NCBI RefSeq assembly: GCF_000372725.1
Contig: NW_005201613.1
Coordinates: 278,290-342,289 of the forward strand
DNA: 64,000 nucleotides
DNA from: Emiliania huxleyi CCMP1516
Taxonomy: Eukaryota
Direction of reading: 5' to 3'
Part shown: one piece after another, positions 46,717 to 58,392 of the stretch
How positions within the stretch are numbered: the stretch's first letter is position 1
Layout: each line of letters starts with the position of its first letter
Notes under the pieces: generated by a model
Told to the model about the DNA's origin: nothing
The model's database searches: none
The model's input: the letters and a program-made list of their open reading frames with translations, nothing else
Program-made: the position numbers and the translations under genes

Positions 46717-48748
46717 ATGCGCCGGCCTCCGGAGGCAAAGTGCTTCGGCTTCGCCCTGCCGCTGAGCGGCCGCCCGCTCTTCATCGTGCTGACTGTGTCC
46801 GCCATCGGGAGCGCCGTCCTCTATGCCGCGCTGCAGGAGGGCGTGTTCCAGGTGCCGGGCTTCAAGTTTAGCGGCTGGATGACCTTTGTGACGGCGGCGA
46901 CGATGGCGGTCTGCGGCCACCTCGAGCTGCTGGTCACAGGCAGCCGGCAGCGCGTTGGCACGCTCGACCAGTACCTGCGTCTCTCGCTGCTGACCCTCGC
47001 CGGCATGTACCTCACCAACGCGTCGCTCAAGTACCTCAACTACTCGACGCGCGTGCTCTTCAAGTCGAGCAAGCTGCTGCCGACGATGCTCCTCGGCACC
47101 CTGATGCAGGGCCGGCGCTACTCCTTCCTCGAGTACCTCGCGGCGGGCGGCCTCGTCGGCGGAATCACGCTCTTCACCCTCGGCGACGCGGACACGCTGC
47201 CCTCCTTCCACCTCGCCGGCGTCGGGCTCATCCTGCTCGGCATCGCCGCCGACGCCGCGACGAGTAACTTCGAGGAGAAGGCATTCTTCCGCGCAGTCAC
47301 CCCGGTGCCGCCCGCGGCCTCGCGCCGCCCTCCTCGCCGCCCTCCTCTCGCAGCGAAGTAGCACCTTCGATTAGCCCGGCGGTGATTGCTCCGCAGCCCT
47401 CCGCCGCCCGCGCGCCGGCCTCGCGCCTCCTCTTGCCGCGCCGCCCGCCTCACCGCCGCCCTGGCCTCCCTGGCGAGGCGAGCCATGTTGAGGTGGTGGC
47501 CTACTCGTCCATGTTTGGCTCCGCGTGGGGGCTGCTGCTGCTGCTGCCCACCGGCGCGCCCTCCTCTGCCTCTGCCTCCGCCTCCACGAGCACCTCCAGC
47601 ACTAGCAGCACTAGCACTAGACACTCCCCCCCGGCTGACGACTGCTTCAGGGTTCCTTGGCAGTCGCTGCCATGCCGGCATGCCCGCTATGCAGCTCGAT
47701 TTTGTGCCTTTTTCCCCCCGGGGCCGGGGGGCACCCCCCCCCCCCACCAAAACTTTTTGGGGGGCAACAAGGGCCCCCCCCCCCCCCCCCTCCTCCGCCA
47801 CCGCCACCGCGGCCGCATACTCCGCCACACCCACACTCCGAGACGCGCCGGAGGGGCGAGACGGGTGGACCCCAGCCTATTGCAATAGCACTCGAGAGGG
47901 CACATTCCCAGGCCGGATGCAGCTGGCCGGAGGCAGCTCTCCCCTGCACGCTGTGCTCTCGCCGTACCTGTGGCCCTCGCGCGCACGCGGTGCCCCAAAC
48001 ACACAGCACGCTGCCGAAGTCGCCGCCCTCAGCTCCCCCCGCGCCCACACCCCACCAGGCGAGCTCGGCGCGGCGCTGCGGCACGGCGCAAAGCAGCCGC
48101 AGGTGCTGCCGCTGCTCGTGGGGTCTTCGATATGCGGCTACGCGAGCGTCAGCGTCGTGCTGCTCCTGATCAAGCTCTACGGCGCCACCGTCACGGAGCT
48201 CGTCAAGAGCATGCGCAAGGCACCAAGAAGAGAGTCCGTTTCAGTAGCCGAGTAGCCGGGGCTCCACCGAAATTCCACCACCGCCCGCGCCGCCGCGCCG
48301 TGCCCGCCGCGCCGCCGCGCCCGCCGCCTGGTATCGCCGCCTGGTATCGCCGCCTGGTATCGCCGCCTGGTATCGCCGCCTGAAATCGCCGCCTGGGGGG
48401 GGGGGAGGACAAGAAGAGAGGAGCGGAGAGAGGAGCGGAGAGAGGAGCGGAGAGAGGAGCGGAGCGGAGCGGCGAGGAGCGGCGGAGCCGCGTCCGCAGG
48501 TGCTGACCGTGGCCCTCTCCTTCGTGCTCTACCCGAAGCCCTTCTCGTGGAAGTACGCGGTCGGCGGCGCCGCCGTTCTCATCTCCCTCGCCGCCACGCA
48601 AGAGCTGCAGCGCCGCAAGGGAGGCGACGTCTCGCCCGCCGAGGGGGGCGAGGCGCAGCCGTTTGCTCGCGACACCAGCGAGGAGGACTCTCGGGCAGAC
48701 AGGAGCAGCGACGTGGGGAGCGTCGACGATGATCCCCACGATAAATAA
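46717..48748 (+). CDS. UAA-family nucleotide-sugar/PAPS transporter (SLC35B3/PAPST2-like), multi-exon
   Basis: LQEGVF..GFKFSG, SLKYLNYSTRVLFKSSKLLPTM..QGRRYS, ADAATSNFEEK, VKSMRK|VLTVALSFVLYPKPFSWKY. Confidence 0.85.
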
Positions 48749-48873
48749 GAGCGAGGTGCTGGAAGGAGGGGGGAGGGACCCGGGGGTCACCACGGGGGGT
48801 CATTTTCGTGAAATCTCGACCACAACCTCTCACAGACCAGCGCACAGCGCCATAGGACGTATATGTTTTCTTC

Positions 48874-50833
48874 TCAATAATCCACCCCCCAGATCGGCGG
48901 CGACCTGCAACGCCGGTCGTCGTCGGCGGCGGCTTCGCCGGCCGAGGGCGCGGCGTGTCGCCCGGAGGCACGGCTGCGGGAGAGGATCTCGCCGATCACG
49001 TCGGCCGCCGCGGGCTTAGCGGCCTCGGCCCTCGAGAATCGCTCCTTGTCGGCCGCGGGGAGCGCCGGCGAGAGTGGCGCGTCCCTATCGACCCCGAGCA
49101 GCTGCACCCCGCGCTTGCCAAAGCGACTGCTTGCCGCCGCCGCCGCCCGCTGCCCCCACTCGGCGCCCACCGCCGCCCCCCTGCTTGCCAGAGCCGCCGC
49201 CCGCTGCCCCAACCCTGTGCCTGCCTCCGCCGCCCACGAGGCGGTCCGCTTGAGTCCGCCCCCAGGTCCGCCTCGCGCGGCGTGCTCGTGCGGCTCGTAC
49301 GCCGCCTCCGCGTCTCGCGGGCGGCACCGGAGGGCGAGCAGGCAGGCAGAGCCAACAGCAGCCAACGCCAGCAAGCCGCTCGCCATGGACACCGCCACGG
49401 GCGCCAGCACGGACGCCAGCACGGACGTGGGCGGCTGCGCGGGAGGCGGGAGCGGGGGCGGGAGGAGGAAGGCCTTGCGCCGCACGTAGCAGGCGGCGGT
49501 GTCGGAAGGCGCCACCGCCTCGACCGAGAGAGGCTCTTTGACGAGCCGGCAGTCCGCAAGCGCGGAGGAGGACGCGTCGGCGGGCGAGAACTCGAGCGCG
49601 ATGCAGAGGAGGGAGGACGAGCACGCCTCGAAGCAGCTCTCTCTGCTCGGCAGCTCGTGGTCGGTGATGAGCGCCTATAAGGGGCAGGTCCGAGACACGT
49701 CCACGACATGTCCGAGACATGTCCTGCTCGTGGTCGGTGAGGAGCGCCGTCTCGTCTTCGGCCGAGGCGGAGGCGGGGCGCGGCTTGGCCGAGCGGCGGG
49801 CCGACTGCATCGCGACGTCGAGGGAGGCGAGGGCGCCGGAGGGCGCTGCGATGACGCAGTGGCCGCGCCGCCCTCTGGGCATAGCATACTCTGTCCACTT
49901 GTATGGCGGCGACGCCGGCGGCGGAGGGGGGGGAGGCGGCGGCGGAGGCGGCGGTGGCGGCGAGGGCGGCGAGGACGGTGGCGGGGACGGTGGCGGCGGC
50001 GGTGAGGGTGGCGGCGGTGGCGGCGGTGAGGGGGGCGGCGGCGGCGGCAGTGGCGGGGGGGGTGAGGGTGGCGGGGAAGAGGGTGGCAGCGGGGGCGGCG
50101 GCGGCGGCAGGAGCGGGGACGGGGGCGTGGGCGGCGGCAGGAGCGGCGGCGGCAGGTGGAGCGGTGGCGGGGGCGTGGGCGGCGGCAGGAGCGGCGGCGG
50201 CGGGTGGAGCGGTGGCGGCAGCGGCGGCTCCGTGGGCGGCGGGGGCAGTGGTGGCGGCGAGGAGGGTGGCGGCAGCGAGGGGGGTGGCGGCGGGTGGTCC
50301 GGCGGGGCCGGGGGGTATGGGGGGTGGCGTGGCGTATAGATAGGCGGCGGTGGCTCGGGCGGCGGAGGCGAGGGCGCGATGAAGGTCGACGTGCAGCTCG
50401 AGGTGGTTTTTCGGTTGGCGAGCTCCGCGGCGACGCAGCGGCCTTGGCCGTAGCCAAACGTCTCCGTGCTCGCCTTCCCGTCGGCCAGGATGCGCGAGCA
50501 GGTGGAGGTGGCGTTGGCGACACTGAAGCCAAAGGAGCCCGAGCACGAGACGATTGACACGCGCTCGGTCAAGGCGAGCACCCGGCCGCCGAATACGCCC
50601 ATGCTCTGCACGCAGGTTGCGCCGCCGCTGTTGCAGATCAGGTACTCGCACCCGAGGATGGAGGAAGTCTGACATGAGCAGCAAGACCGAACTTGACAGC
50701 CGTACGTCAAGAGGTTCTCGCACGTGTTGTCGTAACACGTCGTGCCATCCGCGCCACAGAACTGGTTTACCGGGCAGCAGTTGGCCGCGGCGCGTGTGGC
50801 GAGCAGCAGCGGCAGCAGGTTTCGAAGCGACAT
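48874..50833 (-). CDS. Type I membrane protein: signal peptide, Cys-rich domain, extensin-like Pro-rich stalk, PAN-like domain, TM
   Basis: MSLRNLLPLLLATRAAANCC..; SPPPP runs; intron 49675-49747; hydrophobic VLAPVAVSMASGLLALAAVGSACLLAL. Confidence 0.7.
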
Positions 50834-52288
50834 GCGTCTGCTGCGGCCGAGAGCGGAGCCTCGAAGGAGCGGGCAAAAACGTGACGTTTCAAATTCACGT
50901 GGAGGCGCCGCGCAAAAAAGACCGCGGCAAGCCCTGAGGAGCACAAAAGAGACCGCGTCTTCACAGTCACAGCTCCAGTGTGCAGTCATCTCCTATCTCG
51001 CGACCGCGCTGGTGTCCAGTCCGAGCCTGGCTGTTCTTCACGCCTGGTCATTTAACCAACTCACCCGTAGTACAAAAACAAAAGTAGATTCCGCTGGTCA
51101 TTTCGAGGGCTGGACAAAAGTGAATAGGTTTGTTTTTGAGGGCTTGACTTACGCTAACAACTTTGTTCAGCATCAAAAGTGTCTGTAGAAAATTTTCATG
51201 CATTTTGAAGAAGAGAGTGACCCCCCCCCCCCCCCCCCTGCATTTTTGCATTCGCATGCATCGCCAACAAGAAGACTCTCTCTCTCTGCATCGCCTGCAT
51301 TACAACTGCATGGGCAAAAACAACACTGATTGCATTTCGTTGCATATGCATTCGATGCATTTTGCGCGTCATTGCATGAGAGAGAGGAGAGAGATTTTTA
51401 GCAATACCAAACAACAGTGCATCTGCATTCGATGCATTCGGGTCATGACTTTTGCAATTTGAGGGCAAGAACCTTAGGCAAGTGACCCAGACTCCTCCCC
51501 CCTCCCCTCCCCTCTCCCCTCCCCTCTCCCCTCCCCTCAAGTACCCCCCAGACTCCTCCCCCCTCCCCTTTCCTCTCCCCCCCCCCCCCTCCTACTCTGT
51601 CTGCATCTCCTCCTGCACTCCTCCTGCCCCCCTAACAAGGCTGTGAAACAACTCGACGACGGCACCGACGCGCCGCAAGGGGTCCCCGGGTCGGCAGCTG
51701 GAAACCTGCGTGTTGCTCACGTGCATGGTACGTTGCCTCTACAGCGTCGACCGTGCGTCTCGCGCGCGCAACTTGCTCGGCCTGCATCCCTGCAGGCGCC
51801 TCTCTTCGGGTCGCTCGGTCACCGATTTAGCTGCCTGCCTCCCCCTGCGACCGCCAGTGAGCTGGGACCGTCCGCCCCATCGTCTTAGGTGATCACTCGC
51901 TCCGTCTCGACCCATCGGGTGCGCACCACGGCCGAGACCCTCCGTGCTGTTCGACATTTTGCTCCCAAACGTCGCCTGCTGCCCGTCCTCGCTGCTCGAG
52001 TATCGAGGGCGCTCCCGCCCGCCCGCCATACTGGCTCTCCCATGTGTCGAGCTCGCAGTTCGAGGTCGTACTCTCCTCGTGCGGGTTGGGGCGCCCGTCC
52101 GCGCCGCGCAGCCTGCACACGAACATGCACAAGATGGCATGCACATGCCTATGCCAGCGCCGCGCAGCCTGCACATGCACATGCATAAATAAGATGGCAT
52201 GCTCATGCACATGTGCCAGCGCCGCGCAGCCTGCAGGGATGCTCGCTACTTTTTATCACTACTCGCTACCTTGATACTACATGCTACG

Positions 52289-52712
52289 TTGGGCTGAGCA
52301 CAGTTTGCCTCTCGCGACCCGTCTGTTTTCCTTTCCTTTTTTCTCTACAACACCCTCTCTTTTCCTCTCTCTTTTCCCGGGAAAACTCCGTGGAAATCGT
52401 CAAATTTTGGGCTCTGAGGCTGGTTTGGGCCCAAAATCAGCCAAATTTTAGGTCAAATCGGCAAAATGCCGGGAATTTTGCGGAGAACCCGTGCATACCT
52501 GGAATTTACCCTGCGATCGCCTGGGTATTTTGTCGATTTCCTCAATTTTGCCTCAGATTTTGCCCCAGACCAGCTCTCAGACTCAGGGAAACTCGCGAGT
52601 TTCCAGAATGGAGCACCAAACACCCTCTTTTCCCTGGAAATTTCCGGAAACGCAAAGTGCTGGGGACCCTCTGTTTTCCTTTTTGTTTTCCGGAAAACTG
52701 TGCTCAGCCCAA
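52289..52712. mobile_element. MITE, 424 bp, 18-bp TIRs, ~7-8 bp TSD
   Basis: TTGGGCTGAGCACAGTTT at 52289-52306 / AAACTGTGCTCAGCCCAA at 52695-52712. Flanks ATGCTACG and ATTGCTACG. Confidence 0.85.
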
Positions 52713-53167
52713 ATTGCTACGCGGCCGATGGCCGCTACGGCGAGCCTACTTACTCACTACGCTGCGGGCGATGTGGCCTCCATGGGCAGCACCGTGTGCA
52801 CGGCGGCGTGCTCTGCCATATGCGGAGGGTCGCTTGTTGCCCTCCGCGCGCGAGGTGTGGGGGGGCCGTGGCATTCCTGGAATGCCCCCCCGCAACCCTG
52901 CTGCTTCATCACGACCCCGAGGTCGTGATGAAGCAGCGGGGTGTTGTGTTCTTGTGTGTGACTTGTGTACGTGATCGTGAGCTCTGGGTTCCAACTTTTT
53001 GCGGGGTATGGTATGGTACACTCGCGGCCCAAAGGGTGGGGGGGTATGGTCCTGACCGCCCATCCCCGGTCTCCGGGAGGCTGGGTCTGTCAGCAGGCGG
53101 AGGGGAACTCCCTAATTCCCGCGTTTTTTTGCATGCGGGCGGGCGCAGAAGTGTCGGAAGAGCTTGC

Positions 53168-54279
53168 ATGCCGTGCACGCACGCGGCGTACCTGCGTGCC
53201 GCCGCCGAGTGCCGCACGCCCTGCGACGCGGTGGCGCTGGCGGCCGACCCGTCGCTCGGCCTGAGCTACGAGGCGCTCCTCTCCATCTGCGCAGCGCGGC
53301 TCGTCGCGGCGACCAAAGCGAGCATGGGCCGGCACCGCGCCAAGGCGGCCGCGATCACGCAGCGGTACGAGGGCGGCGCGCACCTCGTCGCCATCGCGTC
53401 CGAGCTCGACCTTCCGCCGACCATGCTGGCACGAGTCGTGCTTGAGGAGAGGTACAGCCTGCGCAAGGGCGCCAAGGGGAGGCACGGCGCCGGCGCGCTG
53501 CTGCGAAGCCCCTCGCTCATCGACGACCCGCGGCTGCGCAGCGAGGTGGCTGCCGCCGTGGCGTCGGACGCAGCATACGGCCCTGCGGTGGACGCGGCGC
53601 GGGCAGCCGACTGGCCCGCGAGCTGTGAAGAGCGTCTCTTCACGCTTTCCGGCCGAACAGGCGCGCCGGCTGACCGGGCTGCAGCAGGAGCTTGTGCTAT
53701 CACAGGAGCTGCGCGCGCGTGGCATCCCCTTCCTCTCCGAGGAGCAGCTGCGCGAGAGAGGCGAGGCCAAGACGCCCGACGCGCTGCTGCCGGTCCCGCT
53801 GCTGGTTCGGGGCCGCCAGGTGCGCAGGTGTCGACTCCACCGCCGCTGCCCACGTCAATCAGTGCTTGCCGGTCGGCGGCTGGCTTGTTTAGGTTCACTG
53901 GGTCGACTCCAAGGCCACGTTTGGCGACCCAGCATCGCACGCAGGTGATCCGCCGTGCCGCGGCCGTACCCGCAACCTCTCTCGCCGCCGCCGCCACCAC
54001 CGTCCCCGCCGCCGCCCCCACTCCCGCTGTCCCCTCACCGTCCCAGCCCGCACCGCCCCAGCCTCCACCGCCCCATCGCCGCCGCCGCCCTCAGAGTACG
54101 CCGCGACGCAGTTCGCGAGCTACGTCAACCGGTACGCGTCGGGGCTGGTGCTTTACTGGTTCGGCTTCGACGAGGCGATCGACGACAGCGACGACCTCGT
54201 GCTGCTCGACGCCTTCCCCGACGACTGCGAGCTGATGAGCCACTGCGCGCTGCTCACCGCGCCGGCGCTGGCTCGCTAG
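53168..54279 (+). CDS. CDIN1: CDAN1-interacting nuclease 1 (C15orf41/TPD-domain), 4 exons
   Basis: IPFLSEEQLRERGEAKTPDALLPVP; VHWVDSKATFGD; QFASYVNRYASGLVLYWFGF. Confidence 0.88.
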
Positions 54280-54620
54280 CGGTACTTCTTTTGTGGTGCC
54301 AGCGTCTGCTGTGAGGGGCTTGTATTGTTAGAATTCTTTTTTACACAGATGCGGTGGGGGGGGGTGGCTGTGGGCGTGTTTTGTGGAAACGTGTGTGTCT
54401 CTTCCAGGTATACCCCTAGTCGCAGCTGCCTCTGGAAGGCACCGATAGGTATAAAATGGCGCAAATGACCAAAATCAAGGTTTGTAACTCGCGCTGTGCC
54501 ACTGTGAATGGAACTAGATCTTCGGCCCTCCCTCTACGCTCTACTCCTTTAGTTTACGGCTCTACCTCGCCTGGGCATGTGTGCGTTTTTGCCGCTTGAG
54601 TTCTCTCAGACTCACGCGGC

Positions 54621-55610
54621 CTATTCGTGTTCCGATGGCGGTTCGATCGCACTCGTGCTCCGCCGCGCGCTCTCGTTGCGGCGCGATCTGCATGCAATGC
54701 GCTCCAGCGTCGGGTGGTGGCGGTCGATCAGCTGCTCCGGGACGACCCACTGCTCGTATAGCGACCGCGCGTGCAGCTGCGAGCCCGCCTCTGGCCGCTG
54801 GCTCGGCGGGTGGCTCGTGTACGGCCGCTCGCCTCCCAATGTCCTCACCGTGGGTTCCCAGCCGTCGCAGGGCGCGTTGAGGAAGACAGAATTCCAGTAG
54901 TCGTCGCTCCGGAAGGCCACCTTGCTCCGCGCCTGCACCCAGACGAGCATCGCCTTGAAGTCGGCCTCGCGGTTCGGTCGCAGCAGCGGCGCGGGCACCC
55001 AAAACGAGTCGCTGCCCTGCACCATGCGGACGCACGCGTTGGAGCGGACAGGGTACCACTTCACCGTCGTGAGAACGGCGAGGGCCTTCCGCCCCTCGGC
55101 GCGCACGTCCACCCGCAGGTACTGCTGCGCGAGCCACGGGCGGTACAGCACGTCGTCGTCGCAAACGATGACCGCGTCCAACGCGCGGTCGGCGGCGGAG
55201 GCGGCGAACGCGGCGAGCATCTTGGCGGCGGCACCCCACTCTCGCGTCAGCAGCGTCACGTGCAGGCGCGCGCCCGCGAGCGCCGCCGCCCGCCGGCATT
55301 GCTGCGCGACCCGGCTGGTGTTGACCGGCGCCCCGCGGAGGCGCGGCTCGAGTGCGATCGAGATCAGCGCGGGAGGGATGGGGTCCTGCCGCACCAGGCT
55401 GTCCAGCACGGGGCGCAGGTGCGGCGCCCGCCCCGGAAGCGTCGTCATCGCAAACGCGTAGCGCAGCACTGCCGCCGCGTCGAGCAGCCTGGGCTGCCAT
55501 TTCGCTCTTGGGTTGGCGCGCGCCCGCTGTGCGCAAAGATCGCGGATGCATTCGCGGTGCTGGCGCAGGTTGGGGAAGTTGTAGCCACAGGATGGGACGG
55601 CGCGCTGCAT
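54621..55610 (-). CDS. GT-A fold glycosyltransferase-like protein
   Basis: MTTLPGR..LDSLVRQ..WGAAAKML..IVCDDDVLY..SDDYWNS. Start codon uncertain. Confidence 0.65.
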   Translation of the reverse strand: MQRAVPSCGYNFPNLRQHRECIRDLCAQRARANPRAKWQPRLLDAAAVLRYAFAMTTLPGRAPHLRPVLDSLVRQDPIPPALISIALEPRLRGAPVNTSRVAQQCRRAAALAGARLHVTLLTREWGAAAKMLAAFAASAADRALDAVIVCDDDVLYRPWLAQQYLRVDVRAEGRKALAVLTTVKWYPVRSNACVRMVQGSDSFWVPAPLLRPNREADFKAMLVWVQARSKVAFRSDDYWNSVFLNAPCDGWEPTVRTLGGERPYTSHPPSQRPEAGSQLHARSLYEQWVVPEQLIDRHHPTLERIACRSRRNESARRSTSAIEPPSEHE

Positions 55611-56002
55611 TGGACTTACGTGGACGCACGCACGACGCGTGTTACGATTTCAAGAGAGAATCTGTTTTTCTTCTTCTCTCCTTTTTCAACAATATACCTA
55701 AAACATACCTAAACCTTTTTCAACTCAAAGGAGAAGGGGCGGGGGAATTGCCGTGCACGGGGCGTCCAGGTCCCAGCGGGTTTTCACGTAACAAGTACAC
55801 ACCGGAGGGGGCTGGAGGGGGACACGCGCGCGAAGTTGAGCAGTGTAGCGCAGCGTCCGGGGATGGCGGGCCTCGCCGATGTGTAATGTCCGTCTGACGA
55901 AAGGACCGAGAGAGATTTTCGAGAACCAAGGGTCGACCGGCTGGCGGGCTCGGCTCGATAGGGGTGCAGGTGCCTTGAAGTCACCTCAATCCAAAGCTAC
56001 GG

Positions 56003-57076
56003 ATGCCCGCCACGCCAAAGCTACAGCGGACGGACGGGAAAGCGGTACAGCCCCTCATGGTGAGCGTCGAAGGGTACCTTCACGCGTCTACCAAAGGCAT
56101 GTTCCGGGTTCGCTCCTCACCCGGCAACCCACATTCATGCTGGAAGGAGGTGAACGAGGCGCTTGTGGCGCTCAAGCTCCCTGCAGGGCGGGAGGTGATC
56201 TTCGCTGAGCGTGGCCCATGCGGGAGGCAGCTATTGGAGAGACTTCAGTCACCAGGCTTCCGCCCTGGCAATGTGAGCTCTGTGCTCGTCTTCGTCAACT
56301 CCGATAGCAATCTGGACGCGGACTTGCAACACAGGCTGTTGACCCTCCTCCCTACGATGCAAGCGTGCTATGCAACCAACTTGATGCGCCCAACGCGCCC
56401 GGATATCTTCTACCCTATTCCGCTGGGGCTCGCCTCGCATCATTATACCCCTTACGACCGCGTCGTGTACGAGCCCGTCCTTCGCCGCTTCCGCGCGTCG
56501 GCGCCGCGCTGGGCAGAGCGTTCCTCGCAGCTGCTCATGTTTGCTTGGGAGTCCCTCCCCAAGCACGCCGTCACGCTGGGAAGGAAGAAACACCGCGCCC
56601 AGCTCCTGGCGCACCTGATGGCAAAGCAGTTTGCGCGTGATGTCCGCCCTATCGAGAGGCGAGTCAGCTTTGAGGAGGCTCTGGCGATGACGGGCCAACA
56701 CAAGTTTGTGCTGTCCGCGCCAGGCATGGGGTACGACGCCTTCCGCACATGGGAGACTCTGGCCATGGGCAGCATCCCTGTGGTGCTCGCGCTGCCTTCG
56801 ATGGATCAGCGGCTGTTTGACGGATTTCCGGTGGTCCGTCTTCCCGCCAACATCTCCCAGATCACCCCGGCATTGCTTGAAGAGTGGCTAGCGGTGGCGC
56901 AGGAGCCCGTGGAGCATGTCTCCGGGCTTTACTTGAGCCACTGGCAAGACCGTTGGTGGCAGCACCTCCAAGGTGGCGGAACGAGATCTGCCCTTCCTCA
57001 GGCCAGCCATCCTGAACCTGGTGCCCGCGGCAGAGATCTGCAGCGGGCGCAGGGCGGCCGCAGCGCCGCGGTGTGA
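56003..57076 (+). CDS. Exostosin/GT47-like glycosyltransferase
   Basis: PIPLGL...HKFVLSAPGMGYDAFRTWETLAMGSIPVV. Confidence 0.72.
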   Translation: MPATPKLQRTDGKAVQPLMVSVEGYLHASTKGMFRVRSSPGNPHSCWKEVNEALVALKLPAGREVIFAERGPCGRQLLERLQSPGFRPGNVSSVLVFVNSDSNLDADLQHRLLTLLPTMQACYATNLMRPTRPDIFYPIPLGLASHHYTPYDRVVYEPVLRRFRASAPRWAERSSQLLMFAWESLPKHAVTLGRKKHRAQLLAHLMAKQFARDVRPIERRVSFEEALAMTGQHKFVLSAPGMGYDAFRTWETLAMGSIPVVLALPSMDQRLFDGFPVVRLPANISQITPALLEEWLAVAQEPVEHVSGLYLSHWQDRWWQHLQGGGTRSALPQASHPEPGARGRDLQRAQGGRSAAV

Positions 57077-57416
57077 CCCGCCGGCCGGCGACTTTGGCGC
57101 GCACGGCGCTGTGGACAGCGCCGCGGGGTGCGGTGGTCTAGCGCGCCTGCTGGCGCTCGATCTCGGCCGTCACGGCGGCGGAGAGCGAGGCAGAGTCCAT
57201 CGTGTGTCTGCCCCCGCCCGTGCCGCCGGGTGCATGCATGCAAGCAACCTGTCCTATATATACGAGAGAGAGAGGAATCCCTGGGAGAGACCCTGTCCTG
57301 CGGGTGAATCCTGCCCAGCCTCCCTCCGTGTCGCGATGCGCTCCCCTCTCCGTTCCCTTGTGTCCCTTATCGTCCTTCCCTAGGTCCTTGCGGATTTCCG
57401 TTCCCCCCCGCGTCCG

Positions 57417-58136
57417 TTGAAGAACCAACGGCCCAAATTCCATGTTTCGCCCCCCTCGTCGGCCGAGGCGCACCGTACGGTCATCAACCACCGCCTCAAC
57501 CTCACCGTCAGGTCCGTGGCGCAGATAGCATCCAACGCCTGCTCGGCCGGCGTCCTGCACCTGAGCGGCCAGGTTTGCTGCAACGCAACATGCGGGATGT
57601 GCGGCGGGCACCTCTGCTCCAGTCGACCTGGCGGTCCCAATCAGTGTTGCATGCCCGCCATTATGCGCACGGGTCGGGTTTGCAAATCTTCTGCGGAAGT
57701 GGTCTGCATCCTGCGGGACGCTGCGTCCCGAGCGGCTCTCGAGACGCAACCTACCACGAAACCGGCACGCTCGTCTCATTCTCATGACCAAGGAATTGAC
57801 ACACTTCATGTGGTTCAGTGTCTGTGGATCAAAATTGCTGGCCGAGACGGTGCTGAGTAACATCCGTGCGCTCGTGTTCATGGCATCAGCAACCGTGCAC
57901 GTCCACATCATGCATGACGGTGCAGAGGCTGTCCATTTGCATCTGCTCAAGCCTCTGAATGCGAGCACGAGGGCGGTGTGTCCGCACTGCATGCCGTTAG
58001 GAGATTCGATGGGATTACGGTTTGACGATTTGGTGGTCAGACACCTCGAGAGGTTCAAGAGGTGTGCGGTGAATCGGCTGTACCTGGCAAGCCACTACCC
58101 GGACATCAAAGGCTGTACCTTGACGCGGACACCTTG

Positions 58137-58140
<4 letters not shown>
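57417..58140 (+). pseudogene. Cys-rich domain plus GT8 (glucoside xylosyltransferase-like) fragment, frameshifted and truncated by (CTG)n
   Basis: CCNATCGMCGG..CSSRPGG..CC; RFKRCAVNRLYLASHYPDI, then shifted-frame LYLDADTLV directly before the CTG tract. Confidence 0.6.
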
Positions 58141-58209
<69 letters not shown>

Positions 58210-58392
58210 AGGAGGAAGGCAAAGGGAGCTACATAAACTCTGGCTCCCGATGTTTGACCTCAAGGGCCCGTGATTCCGGTACAGTCCCACTGTAGGATGG
58301 CAGGAGCCGAGCGGAGCCGAGCGGAGCCGAGCGGAGCCGAGCGGAGCCGAGCGGAGCCGAGCGGAGCCGAGCGGAGCCGAGCGGAGCCGAGC
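58139..58392. repeat. (CTG)n tract (58139-58204) and 10-bp tandem GAGCCGAGCG array (58303-58392)
   Basis: Directly visible. Confidence 0.95.
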
